From positions 124,001 to 188,000 of the forward strand of contig JABANN010000003.1 in the NCBI GenBank assembly GCA_013115125.1: DNA of 64,000 nucleotides. The letters run 5' to 3'. Position 1 is the stretch's first letter. Each line of letters opens with the position of its first letter. Made by a program: the position numbers and the translations under genes. The notes under the pieces are model-generated. The model was given only the letters and a program-made list of their open reading frames with translations, was not told where the DNA came from and did no database searches. This document shows positions 27,230 through 39,539 of this stretch, one piece after another. This stretch comes from Perkinsus olseni (lineage: Eukaryota).

Positions 27230-30200
27230 ATGCGGAACATTTCGCACATAATCGTTATTCAATCAGCGCAATCATCCAGAGATCCTCGTTCTCAACCGTC
27301 GGCAAGCCCTTCTCGCATTCCTGGCATGTGGATCGTCGGTCAGCTCTTTATGTTTCGTAACCAGCCCCAATGTCGTTGCTTTGGGGATGCCGTACGCGGG
27401 CCTCCAGTCGGATGGACTTTGGAGGTTGCATGCACTGTGTGCAGCGATACTGAGGAGAACCGATGGCTTTGTCTGGGATGCTTCCAGGTATCCAAGGGAC
27501 GTTGACGTGGCAAAGCGTTGCTTTCGTGCGCGTTTCGCTGTTATTGTGCCCGGGTCCTTGGCCTCTCGGTTGTTCACTTGCGCGAGGGCGTGTTTTGGAC
27601 CTTTCTCTGCCGGTAGATATTTTGTGGCTCGAAAACGGAGGGGCACATGCAAGAGCACTATGAAGGAAATTCAAGTAGGGCCAGACCAGTGGATTCCGCC
27701 TTGTTACCTCCTAATACCATTAGAGACGTCCGAGAAACCTTGCTGTGTTGCGATTTCCATCACGAAGAAGACTTTCTGGTGCTTCAAGTGCAAGACCTCC
27801 GAATTCGCCACGCAGCATGATACGCGTTTTCAGATGGCCTTCGGATTGGTAAGCTAGTGACCGGATTGTCCCCTTTGTGAGATGATCCTTACAATGCATC
27901 CTGCACAGAGACGTCTTTCTGGTCGGCTGAGCGTACGGCTCGAAATCGACTTGTTACTCTCAATCTACCGCAGTTCAAAGAGCAGTTCAATTAGGTCATG
28001 AGCAGGAGCGCCCACGAAGTTGAGAGCCTGGCTGCAGTTTTGCGCCGATTGTATAGAAGGGGACTGCCGAACCCTCGGTATGACTAGCTCCTGTTTCGTG
28101 TTAGTCTGTCACACGCATTGACCGCTCCTTGGTTCGCTCAGGTGTTGGGCGGAGTTACCCATCCATCGTCAGAACGTGTTCGGAAGTCGATCCAACGTCA
28201 ACTTGGAAGGACTTGTCAACAAGTGGCAAGATACTTTGAAGGGCAAGCTCAGCGGTGAGGACGCATGCGGGAAAAAGTAGCGCGTCTGGTCTTGTCTTAT
28301 TTCCTGAATTCGGGGTTTTCCAGAATCATCGTCATGGCTGGTGCTGGCATCTCGGTCTCTGCTGGGATTCCAGACTTCAGAACTCCAGGCTCCGGGCTCT
28401 ACTACAACCTCCAGTCGTACAAGCTTGGTCGTCCCGAAGATATGTGGGTTAGAGTCGTGAGAGAAACTTCCTGTAAGTTACGGTTTAGGTTCTCGATGGA
28501 GTTTTTGAAGAAGAACCCGTATCCTTTTTACCATTTTGCTAAGCACCTCTGGCCAACCGGACAGCATAGGTATCCCTTTTGCGCATCAAACCATGGGGAT
28601 AACGTCAGCTGGTTCACAGGCCCACCCCGACGCACTACTTCGTGCGCCTCCTGCAAGAGAAGGGCCTGCTGCATCGCATGTATACTCAGAACATCGATGG
28701 TTTAGAACGCCTGGCTGGGGTAAGGTGCGAGGACATTCTAGGTTTCTTGGTCATTACCGTCTCAGCATGCACATGCTGATAATTCTTCCCAGGTCAAGGA
28801 CGATAATCTCGTTGAAGCCCACGGAACCTTTTCTACGGCCAGCTGTATTAAATGCAGGGCCGTTGCAGACCCCATTCAGGTAGTCTCAGCTAGGCGGTAA
28901 GTCTTCTCTCGCTGAGGGCCGTGATTGTCAGGTCAGAGATGCCATCTTGGCTGGAAATGTTCCGGTCGTATGTGACGCTTGCTCGGCCTCTATGAGCGTT
29001 GACCCTGCTAAGGGCTTCCAGGACGTGAGTTGGGCCGCGTTCATGCTCAACGTGATGTACGACTTCTGCTTCGTAGGTTGGTCTGATCAAGCCAGATATT
29101 GTTTTCTTTGGCGAGTCTCTGCCTCGGAGATTCCACACGCTCATGGAGACTGATTTTGAGAATTGTGACTTGCTCATTATCATGGGCACTTCCCTTAAGG
29201 TAGAAGACGCTGGCAGGTCCTGTCTTGCAGTTCTGACATGCTAGGTCGCGCCTTTCAACCGTCTGGTATCCAACGTCCCCGACACCACCGTACGCTTGCT
29301 GGTCAATCGGGAGAAGCAACCCGGGGCTGGGTCAGACCCTATGATGTTCGACGGAGAGTGTGACTACAGGGACATTTGGATGGAATCCGACTGCGACTCT
29401 GGGGTTCAGAAGGTCGTCGACATGATGGGGTGGCGGAATGAGTTTGAGGATCTGCTCAAGGAGCGCGAGAAGGTCGTCGATATCACTCAACCGACGCTAG
29501 CGCCCACAGTGGCCAAGCCCTCCTGTGATATGTCTGATGAGCACACTGCGGCTAGTCGCAGGGCGAGTGGTGGGTCCATTTCTGGTGCGGAGGATTCTCT
29601 GGGAGAGATGCCGGATAACCGAGTCAAAGCATCCTCCGGGAGATTGCGAACGGTCAAGAACTATGACATGAAAACTGGACAAGGAGTTGACCCTGGTCGG
29701 TTCGTCTCGAGATTGGCTACTAATGCCACTCCACAGCAGCGGGTTGAATACCAAGCCAAGGTGGCTGAGAGAAGGAAGCAAAAGGCGCGGTCGAAAATCC
29801 AGAAGGCTATGTACGGCGGTGGGCGGGAAGATCTGGAGAAGGCCCTCGAAGATGGCAAAATGGCTGGGTTGACTCGATGGGAGCTAGAGCCAGGCCAGGA
29901 GGTGCTGAAGCATCTAGTCTTCGCTGCGCCCAAGCTGAAGGCGGCATTTAAATCTTCATCGACATCAGGGCCTGACCCCAGACGATTCCAGTCCACTGCT
30001 CCGAGACCAGCACACCAGGTAAGCCCGAGCAGTATGACATGTGGTTCGCGACTGGACGCAGTCGATGAGGATATCCTTCATGGTTTCCTTTTTTCACCTT
30101 AGAACGATGATCATTCATACGATTCCGTCGAGAAGCCTGCGAAGAGCTTCGCGAGGAGCTTGTCCGAACTAACAGAGGCCTCCACCAACGAAGACAATGA

Positions 30201-30925
30201 GAACGCATTGAATGAAGAGGTTAAGAAGCAGGTCAACAAGTGCAAGGATCGCCTCAAGGGGGCTATGTAGGATTACTTCTCTACCGGCTTAGTTTCCGTT
30301 AAACATCACACAACGATGTTTTGTTCCATGTTGCGTTGTTGCTCGCTTCAGGAGAGAAGGGTCCATCACTCTTATCGAGCAGGAACTGTTGGTTGCGGAG
30401 GGCCTCGGCATCCCCTGGATTGACACCGTAGATGCTCGTAGGGAGCTGGTGGCTTTACAGAAGCGCCGTTCTGAGATGCATAGCCGGAGGTCGAGCCAGG
30501 CCAGTGATACTCCCAACAGCGTCTCGGTTGAGAGGCAATCCACCATTGATATCGACTCTCCGGAGCGCTGTGACTTGGTTTGGTGTTCGATACCCGACTG
30601 CTCGGATCCGCACACACACGTGGCTGCTTGGCATGTATGTGAGATGTGTGGGTACGTGGGTCACAGTAGTAAGGAGTGCTGCTTGGGAGACGCTGAGCTG
30701 GAGAGTCTCAGGATCAGCCGGTCTCAAGAAAGCATGCCGGAGGATAACTTCTGTAATAGCATTCTGAGTTTATCCATTATGATAGTTCTCCTCGCCTCAG
30801 GCACGATCCCAGGCTGTCAGAGTCAACGGTTCCATTCGACTGAGGGCCACCTGTGTAGATTGTGCCGTATGCGGGGGCATCCAGTGAAGCTGTGTCCGAC
30901 TTGGATGGCACAGGCCTTTAACTAG
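27230..30925 (+). CDS. SIR2: Multidomain class I sirtuin (SIRT2/Hst2-like): zf-UBP + SIR2 + helical repeats + two C2H2/CCHC zinc modules
   Basis: SIR2 motifs [51 protein letters not shown]. An in-phase GT-AG splice path links the core upstream to the zf-UBP exons (27400-27850) and downstream (introns 30019-30102, 30267-30351) to ORF 30389-30925. The start could be 27230, 27326 or 27350. Confidence 0.85.
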
Positions 30926-31626
30926 ATGCTGTTCAGAGTATTCTTTATGCATGACTCGCCCATCTTCTGATAATCTGGTGTGCTGTTGATTGCGCCCTTG
31001 TTGTGTTGTAGGAACCGTAGAGGAGCGCCAGGAGACAACAGGTCCCGAAGATATCTGTAGACAATAAGGGTCATAATTGGGATGTCGGTCTGATGCGGGC
31101 TCACGACTTTGGATATTTTCGCACTAAGATTTGCCACGGAATTGGGCGTGTGAAATGTAGCCAATTTTCTTTGGTGGGAGCTGAGAGAAATCGATATGTG
31201 ACCCTTCGGAGTCGAATAACCCGTATCCGTGGTTAGCGAAGCGAGTCTCTGCGACCATCTAGTCGGGACTTGCTCGCTGCAGGATGCTGAATGTATTTAA
31301 GTAATCTACTGGGTTGGAGGGGAGTACGTGAGCATGTCCTGCACCGTAAACTGGAAGTTGTACAACTTTTGTTCATCTCGGAATGATGTACTTGCACGCG
31401 CACTGGCGCGTCCCGAATCGGCATGTAAGGTGACACCGAATTTTTTGATCTCGCTTAGAGCTCGGGACAGTTTGGTGATAGTTCCGAATTTGAATGATTC
31501 TCGAAAAGTGACGATCCAGGGTCTTGGACCCCGTTTGATCTGAACAGGGAAAGTCAGAATTCCGCATCGGATTAGAATAAGGTGATTCACTCTTGATTTA
31601 TCCTAGCTTGGCACGTTTCCCTCGCT

Positions 31627-32595
31627 ATGCCTGCTCTTATATCGCCCGGAGGCATTGGTATCGCTGCAGCATGCCTATCGATCAACGTGATGATATCACT
31701 ATATATGAAGTTGGAGATTCACTGGCGGGTTGTCGTGGGTGCCATAAGATGCGTATGCCAGCTATTGCTACTGGGGCTGCTATTCGCCACTGTCTTCTCG
31801 AGCGACCAGGTGTGGCCTGTGATTCTAATGACCATCTTCATGCTCAGTGTTGCTTCTTTCGAGGCGTATCAAAGACCGAAGCACACGTACCCAGGGTTCA
31901 TTCGTACTGTCATCATAGCTATGACTGCTAGCTGCTTTCCTATGGCGCTCATCATGACCAACTTCGTCTTGTCTCTCGGCAGCATGTGGTGGCATCCCCG
32001 TTACTATTTGCCGATGCTGGGCATGTTGACGAACAACGGTATGAGTGCGATCTCGCTGGCGTCCGACAGGCTTCTAACTCAGCTCGTGGACAAGAGAACC
32101 GCAATTGAAGCGGAGATGAGGACGTCTTCCAATCCCAGACAGGTTGTATTACCGATTCACAGAGAGGCAGTGCGGGTTGGTATGATGCCGACGCTCAACA
32201 CATTGGCCGTGGTTGGCCTTGTTGCGATTCCGGGCATGATGGCTGGTCAGCTGCTCGGTGGGGCTGACCCGTTAACGGCTGCAAAGTATCAGATAGTCGT
32301 TACTATTATGATAGCTTCCACCAGCTCCCTATCGAGTTTTATCGTCACTTGGTTGATGCTCAAGGACCTGGTGGGCAAGGATGGCAACTTAGACTTTGGC
32401 CTGCTGCACTTCAGGGGCTCTACGGATTTTGTCACTAAAGTGGTCTGTGGACTGGTGGCGAAGTTGGGGAGAGCGCTGAAGCTAGTGTTGTGCTGTGGAT
32501 GCCTGAGGAAGCCTAGCAGGGATAACGCCTCACCTGAAAGGCCTGAGCATACGAAGCAGCTTCTCGCGGAGGGAGAAGCTCATTCGCAATGGTAA
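31627..32595 (+). CDS. UPF0014 family membrane protein (FetB/YbbM, plant STAR2/ALS3-like permease), intronless
   Basis: R..QL..LG motif, WWHPRYYLPMLGMLTNNGM, GMMPTLNTLAVVGLVAIPGMMAGQLLGGADPLTAAKYQI. About 7 hydrophobic segments. Confidence 0.88.
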   Translation: MPALISPGGIGIAAACLSINVMISLYMKLEIHWRVVVGAIRCVCQLLLLGLLFATVFSSDQVWPVILMTIFMLSVASFEAYQRPKHTYPGFIRTVIIAMTASCFPMALIMTNFVLSLGSMWWHPRYYLPMLGMLTNNGMSAISLASDRLLTQLVDKRTAIEAEMRTSSNPRQVVLPIHREAVRVGMMPTLNTLAVVGLVAIPGMMAGQLLGGADPLTAAKYQIVVTIMIASTSSLSSFIVTWLMLKDLVGKDGNLDFGLLHFRGSTDFVTKVVCGLVAKLGRALKLVLCCGCLRKPSRDNASPERPEHTKQLLAEGEAHSQW

Positions 32596-33040
32596 CGTAC
32601 TGGTCAATTGAGCATCCGACCGAAGGAGGCATGTGGTTCCGCTGCTGAAATTCCCAGCGTGCCCTCTTTTGTCTATGTTATATTCAGCAAGTACATTTGC
32701 CACTCGTTGTCTACCGGGTTTAAGTTGACTCACGGTTTTACGTTGTTCCGTGCCCGTCCTTCCCATCCGAATCCGCCGGTTAGCCTTGTGATCATTAGCT
32801 ACTCCCTGCTGTGTAACTGTCGCTTTACGACTTGCTTTTGAGTCCATCGTAGTGGGGACTGGTCAGGAGCTGGCTTCCACCGGAGCCACCTACCTTCCAT
32901 GGGAGATAAGATATGAACTGTGATCAATTTCGATGCTTGTGTCGAGACACTAGTCTAACGCAATGGATGCGATTTTCACCCCAGGTCCTTAATGCGTGTG
33001 ACGCACCGAGCCAGCGTTCTCTCATAGTACAGTTACTCAA

Positions 33041-35498
33041 ATGTTCTCCCAGTCTCCACTTCGATGCCTCTCGGTAACTGCGGCGAGCCATTTTGACTAC
33101 ATAGTGTTAGGCGCAGGCTCGGCAGGCTGCGTCTTGGCAAATAGACTATCTGAGGATCCTCACGTCAAGGTGACTCTGATCATCCGTGCAGTCATTACTG
33201 GGATGCCCATTTTGACTTCAGGTGGCGGTAGTCGAAGCGGGTCGATGGCATCGGGGATCCTGGGATTGGTGGAAAGCGGCGATGCCTGCGGCCTTGACGT
33301 TCAACTTGGCCAACAAGAAATATAACTGGGACTATCACACCGTGCCGCAGAGGCACATGAACAACAGACGTTTGCATCAACCGAGGGGCAAGATGACAGG
33401 TAATATCTATCTGGTACAGCGAGGAATGCTCGCTGCTACGGGATACTGAGATCGCTCACTGATAGTAAGTGCTGCCACTTTACCGCTGACCACAGTCGAA
33501 TGAGCCTGTTGTAGCTCTAGTTTGCAGGGCTGAATGCTCGCTGTCATCCTAGGCGGATCATCTGGTATAAACGCCATGGTGTATGTCCGCGGCCATGCCC
33601 TAGACTTCGAGCGATGGGCTTTAGAAGAAGGTAGGTCAACTCTGCATCCTTTGAAGGTCCATCGCGAGTCCCTCAGGATGCCCGGGTTGGTCTTACCGTG
33701 ACGTCCTCCCCTATTTTAAGAAGTCCACCACGCATGAGATGGGCGAAAACTTGTAGGTCGAGTGAATAACCCGCAATCTTGGGTAACGCAAGCCCACCGT
33801 TATCATTCCCTCCGTAGGTACCGTGGTGGCAATGGTCCCGTGCACGTGAGACGTGGGGCCACCGGTAACGAGTTATTCAAGGCCTTTGTTGACGCCGGAG
33901 TCCAAGCGGGCTACCCTTATACAGCGGATATGAACGGCAAACAGCAGGAGGGCTTCGGACCAATGGACATGACTGTGAGTTGACTCGCGTTATTTGGTGT
34001 GAGCACGATCTATCGCGGACCTAGGTTACCGCCGACGGTAAACGCTGCCACGCTGGCCTAGCGTATCTGAACGAAGCTTCCAAGCGGCCCAATTGTAATC
34101 TCGCCGGCTGGGACGGCCGTACTCTAATTGATGAATGCTCAGGTTCAGTGATCACTCGAGCAATGGTTAGCAGGCTTGTGTGGGAGCACTCCCCTGACGG
34201 TGCCGAGAAGCGCTGCGTTGGAGTCGAGTACTGTGCCGGCATAGCCAACTCCAAGTTTTGATGATGTCTTTCGGTAGGTATATAGACCATGTCGGTGAGC
34301 CTCGATATGTCAAAGCTAGCCGTGAGATAATACTAGCGATGGGCGCTGTAGGAACGCCCCAGGTACCGTTACCGGCCGGGTTCTCGCGAATTCCCCATTT
34401 CCTGTGTGCTAGGTCCTGAATCTGTCAGGGGTAGGTGATCCTGATTACTTGAGATCTCTATCAATCGACCCGGTGATCTCCAACCAAAATGTTGGGCAGA
34501 ATCTACAAGATCACTTGGAGTTCTACGTCCAGTATCTTTGCTCGAAGCCGGTCAGTCTATACCCCGTGGCGACCTGGCGTTACCCTCACCTCAAGGCCCT
34601 TACAGGGATTGAATGGTTCCTCAGGGGGAAAGGCCTAGCTGCCTCCAATCACTTCGACACCGGCGGTTTCATACGGACTCGAGCGGGGATCCGGCATCCC
34701 GACTTCCAGTTCCACTTCATCCCGGGCTGCGTCGTGGGTCAGCTCGACTTCCTGCCGCACCACGGTTATCAAGCTCATGGAGGGACGATGCGTCCGAGGT
34801 CTCGGGGGTCGATCAAATTAACATCGAAGGACCCTCGAGACGAACCCCTGATCGATCCTAATTTCCTGGCCGTCGAAGAGGATATGAAAGACATGAGGGA
34901 GGGCCTGAGAAGGACGATAGAGATCATGGAGCAGCCGGCGTTAAGAGACTAGTGAGTCAATTCCTCAGCATGGCAAGGGGTCTTACTGACTAAAGCAGTT
35001 ACATGGACAGTCGGCTGTCCCCTGCGGCAGACTTCAATCTGGACAGTGATGAAGACTGTGACCGATGGATCAGGAACTCGAGCCACTCCGCCTACCATTT
35101 GTCATGTAACTCCTTGACGGCTCTTACCCGATCGTGTTAGTTGTGGCCATTCTTGATAGGCACAGCTGCTATGGGCAAGGTCGTGGACGAGCACGGTCGG
35201 CTCTATGGTGCCTCTAACGTGAGTGTGAATATCGTAGTTCTGGTTCGCACGATCGGTATAGGTTCGCGTGGTGGACGCAAGTGCCATGCCGTCGATGACT
35301 TCGGGCAACCTGAATGCTCCTACGTTGATGATGGCTGAGAAATTTGCCGACCACATTCGTGGCCGCCCGTATTTGGAGCCCACTCAGGCTGGTAAGCGAA
35401 TTTCTCAAGTCCTGTGAAGAGGGGTCGATTTTTCCTTGGCAGATAACGGGGAATCGTTATGGTGGGAGAATGCCAACTGGCAGACCGAGCAGCGATAA
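33041..35498 (+). CDS. CHDH: Choline dehydrogenase-like GMC oxidoreductase, probably mitochondrial, multi-exon
   Basis: [101 protein letters not shown]. Confidence 0.9.
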
Positions 35499-35990
35499 AC
35501 CGCTTCCCGCCTTCAATACTCATTTAATCGATTTTTTCACACTTGCGAGTAGGAAGAGGTTTCAGAACATCACTGTTTCGGAGATCACTCTAACTTGGAC
35601 TTCATAATTTAAGGCAGTGCACCCTGTCCTGAGTGATCTGTATAAGACTTACTCGGGCGGTTTCGCATTGCGTTTTGTGTTTTCCGTTATCACTTAATTG
35701 GGTAGTGTGGGCTGTTCTGTCGGAAACTTTTTGCAACCAGTTTCTCGGGAGGCAGGGAGGAACCGTCAGACTGTGATTGCCATGTATTGGAATAATCCAC
35801 AGATTCTCAGTGCTTCGGTAGCAATCACGTGTTGCCATCATTGGGTAGGGCACCACTGCACTCTTGAGGAACACGCCCTGGATCTCTTCTCTTTCGTTCT
35901 TTATCTCTGCATCTACTACGCTGTCTTGCACGCTCCCTATCAGCTTGTTGATTTTAAAGTTGTTGACTCTCCAGGCGTTGCGCCTCTCAC

Positions 35991-37410
35991 ATGAGACTGC
36001 CTACATCGGAAAGGCCGCCCCGACCGAGAGGTCGGCCGCGCAAAATCAGACGGTCAGGTGAAAAAGTCGTGAAAACAGAGGGGAGAGAACCGAATCAACC
36101 ACGGCGATCAGACCGTGTCAAGAACGTGGGCGAAAAGCGCCCGCCATCGGGATGGGTCATCCGTTTTTGCGAAGGGCCGCTCAAAGTCCCACCCGAAGAA
36201 CCACTGCCGCAGTGGTAATCCCGGGGCGGTTGACCGAGGTGCTAAAGTGGGGAAAAAGTGTCAAGTCTGCCTGGCGGGTAGGCAAGTCAGTGACGTGTAC
36301 CAACACGATCTCGGTGCTGCAGGTACTTGAATGTAGCTCCTGTGGGTTTCGATGTCACCAAAAGTGTACTTTCCCTAAGCTGAAGTCTTCGGTCATCCAA
36401 GGCAATCGGCGAGGCTGGATTTGTGGAGGCTGTGCGCAGGGAAGTTACTGGCGGTGCGGACTGCTCGTACACTACGATAATTGCCTGGAATGCAAATCCG
36501 GCAATGACGGGTCGCCCTATAGTCTTTGCCTCGGATGCCGTTACTTGGTAATCTACCACCATACGTCCTTATCCTGGCACGTGTTCCGCGGACTCAGGCC
36601 CACTTCACCTGCAGTCGTTTGAGAGATGGTTACTGCTGGCAGTGTAGGCGCAACAGCCAACGTGCCATTGATCTGGTGAGTGTCAGTAGCTCTTTTGCTT
36701 TTCAGCTCTTATTAATCGACCTGTGCACTAGATTAGCAGTCAGAAATCCTCGTTCAGTGGTTGGTGTCTTATCTCACGTCTTGGTTGATGTAATCCCAGT
36801 TCGACTGGAGCCCTGCCTTCGAACTTCGCGATGGTCGAACTCGGACGCTGATGGCTACCAAGACGGTTGTTCTGCATGGCAATGGTGCGGTCTCCGGCAT
36901 GGAGTTCTTCCTCTCGAAAGGAGAGGTGGTCAATTGGACGGACGAGGATCAGGTTCGGATTTCCGACGGTAGGAACCGGTGTCCGGGGGGGAATTCGCAT
37001 GAAAAGTCGCTCGTCATCGATTTATCCGTGATCCCCTGCCGAGTACAACTCTGCTGTGCACCATGGCGATTGCAGGTGGTTTATTGCATCTTGCCGGAGC
37101 GTTCTGCTTCCCGACCGCTAGACGCGTCTGGTGCGACCGGTCATTTGACGACCGGGAGATCTATAAACCCTGCACCTGGGCTTGCTTCGTCCTGGCCAAT
37201 GCTGAGGCTGTTCATCCGCTTTCGGTCCGATGGCAGTGCTTAGTCAGGTAGGATTGCCCAGTAGGTTCCCCTTTCTCCGAACTGACTTGCCATTTCAGAT
37301 ACAACAATAAGCCATTCCCTAAGCGGATATTTTCCGCGTGTGTGGAACATGGTACGGCCCAAGCCATTAATCGGTTCACTCTCGAATCGTCGGTAGCGAA
37401 AACTGCTGAG
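35991..37410 (+). CDS. AT-hook + double PHD-like finger protein with possible BAH-like C-terminus (paralogue A)
   Basis: PRPRGRPRK; CQVC..LECSSCGFRCHQKC..WICGGC; CLEC..CLGCR..HFTC..CWQC. Later exons FDDREIY..HPLSVRWQCLV are weakly BAH-like. Ends are approximate. Confidence 0.6.
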
Positions 37411-37856
37411 TGAAGATGTTGTGGAGATATAAGCGTCGGCTCGTGCTCAGTGCCAGAACGAATCCTTGTGATGTCCTCAGTACGGCTTGTGCCGGGGGAT
37501 AACTTATTCGTTTCTTTCTCGACCTCGCAGCGTTGCGTTGAAGACTGCTGATAGATGATGCTTATGGCAGCTTGCGTTTCAATGGCACTACCTGGCTGAA
37601 CTTACCTTGAAGAGAGGCATTGCCAAGATTCTTGTTGCGGTATCGCCCGAACTGATACTAGCGGACCTCATGAGCATCGAGAATCACCAGTGCCTAGTCT
37701 GGCTGTCTTCTCTGATCATGAGTTGCGTTGATAACTACACTGCTGTGTAACTACAAAGAGAGAGAGGCAAACTGTTGCAGAGGGGAGATCCCGTGCGCTT
37801 TCAATCAAGACCGATCCGAACCTATTCTCGCAAACTAGGGTGGTCATTGTTAAGCA

Positions 37857-39287
37857 ATGGCCATCAGCCGCGCGAAGTCTTCCGCAGATCCGATGGGAAG
37901 AGGTGGAAGGGCCCTCGGATGTCAGCGTTGCTTGGGATTGACCGAACATGAGTGCTCCGTGGTAATGGAACCTCTTGTTTCTTTTCTGTCTGCAGAGACC
38001 CTTTCTCAGGTTCTTCGTTGTCACGGATGCGGATTCCGATGTCACCCCCAATGCACGTATCCTCCACTCCGGTGCAATCCTCGAAGGTTACGACATTGGA
38101 TGTGCGAGGCATGCGCTCAAGAGCGGCATGCGAAGAGCAAAGTGACTATGCACTATAATTACTGTGTCGTCTGCGGGAGTGGCGGTGACCTGATCAACAA
38201 GTGCGCCACCTGCCGGCATGCGGTAAAAGAGCCCGGGGAGCGCAGGCACGAGTTGCGCACTTACGAACATCGGAACAACGTCGGATTCTTGCTGTTCGTT
38301 TTCAGTCTCATGCTGATTGCGAGTCTCTTCATCACGGCCGATGTACATTATGTGCAAGGAATATGAGCGTTCACACTAAGAGACTCGACTTGGTACGTCC
38401 TGTAGCGGGAGGGAAAACCCGGCTCGCGGTTTTTCGAACAGGCTCGGAGATAAGGGGCTCCAGCTGGGTCGAATGGATGTCTTCTGAAGCTCTTACAGAA
38501 TTTCCCGTGGAGACCTGAGCTGGCCCGAATTTGCTCACGTTCTCAGTATAACTGGGCCCTAATCATCGCTCGGCAGAAGGGACGGAAAGTGCCCGTCATT
38601 CAAGGGAAGCGGATTGAGTGGGATTCCAGTGGTACCAAGGTGTTGCGCCAATCAATATGGGCAACTAGTGAGATAGTCCATGCCCTCACAGAAAAACTGC
38701 TTGTCACCAGAGGAGGTAGATCATTGCTGTTGCGCTGCTCGAAGAACTAACGATCACCGAGTTTCATTTCCCCAAGGTTCCATCGTTCGCCTCCGAGGCC
38801 GCTTCGACCGTGCGATGGCTGAGTCGGCATGCGGAGCTGCTACTGACGAGACTAAAGAGCGCCCTCCTCGAAGAGTTATGGAGCTTTTCGAGGACGGGTT
38901 GCCGTGGGACAGATGGAAATGCATTCTGAGGTACACCCATGCATGATGCGGTCGCGTTTGGCACAAATTGTGCATGCGTGCTGCACATCCTACCAAATTT
39001 CCCGTGTGCATGAAGTTCAGATTAGGCATTGCCTAAACCGGATCCGGCCGGAGAATTGATTGCATAACTTAGGCCAGTCGGACTGGCCGATACGGTTCGA
39101 TGCGGGCATTGATTCAGTTGAATGGCAATGGACAGGCAGCCTGTCACAGGCTAGACAAGTTGGCGGCTGTGCCATCATGGCACGACCCCGTTGGTATAAC
39201 TCTAACGACGAGCATGATCCTCGGAGGATCTTGCTCGCCACGAGGCCGCTACACCGTAGCAGAAATCGCCTCATGAGATTACGTTAG
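37857..39287 (+). CDS. Double PHD-like finger protein (paralogue B)
   Basis: CQRC..LRCHGCGFRCHPQCTYPPL..WMCEAC; HYNYCVVCGSGGDLINKCATCR..HADC..CTLC. It aligns with the upstream gene. The 3' exons and end are uncertain. Confidence 0.6.
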
Positions 39288-39400
39288 AGTTAATCAATCC
39301 GGACAGTCCGGTCCGGGTAATCCGGGCGGACGCCGGATTCTAGCCGGAGTCCTCGGACCGGTCCGTTCCGTTTTTTCACCGGACCGGACCGGACGCGCAC
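39285..39400. repeat. CCGG/GGACC-rich tract starting TAGAGTT; possible solo DNA-transposon (hAT-like) terminus
   Basis: About ten CCGG cores in about 110 nt, including ccggaccggaccggac and palindromic cggaccggtccg. No partner inverted end or transposase was found in the window. Confidence 0.35.
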
Positions 39401-39539
39401 TTCTTGGCCTAATAGGCAAACGTCGGGAATGAGCCGTTATTTTTCCAGCTCTTGGGCCAATCGCTGTCGGTCCTACGGGGTTTCGATAGCGGAATCCCGC
39501 CTTGGTTCGAAGAATTACCATCACCGCAATGCAACTGCA

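Noticed and set aside
28941-28952. GCCATCTTGGCT, a 12-nt match to the Perkinsus-type spliced leader core
   Set aside because: It lies inside a sirtuin coding exon (DAILAG) and lacks the flanking ACCGTA and CAAG, so it is most likely chance.
31306-31590. Minus-strand ORF with a plausible branch point and acceptor (ctaat..ccctgttcag) next to the UPF0014 gene
   Set aside because: No in-frame upstream exon or ATG could be traced and no family was recognised; left unannotated.
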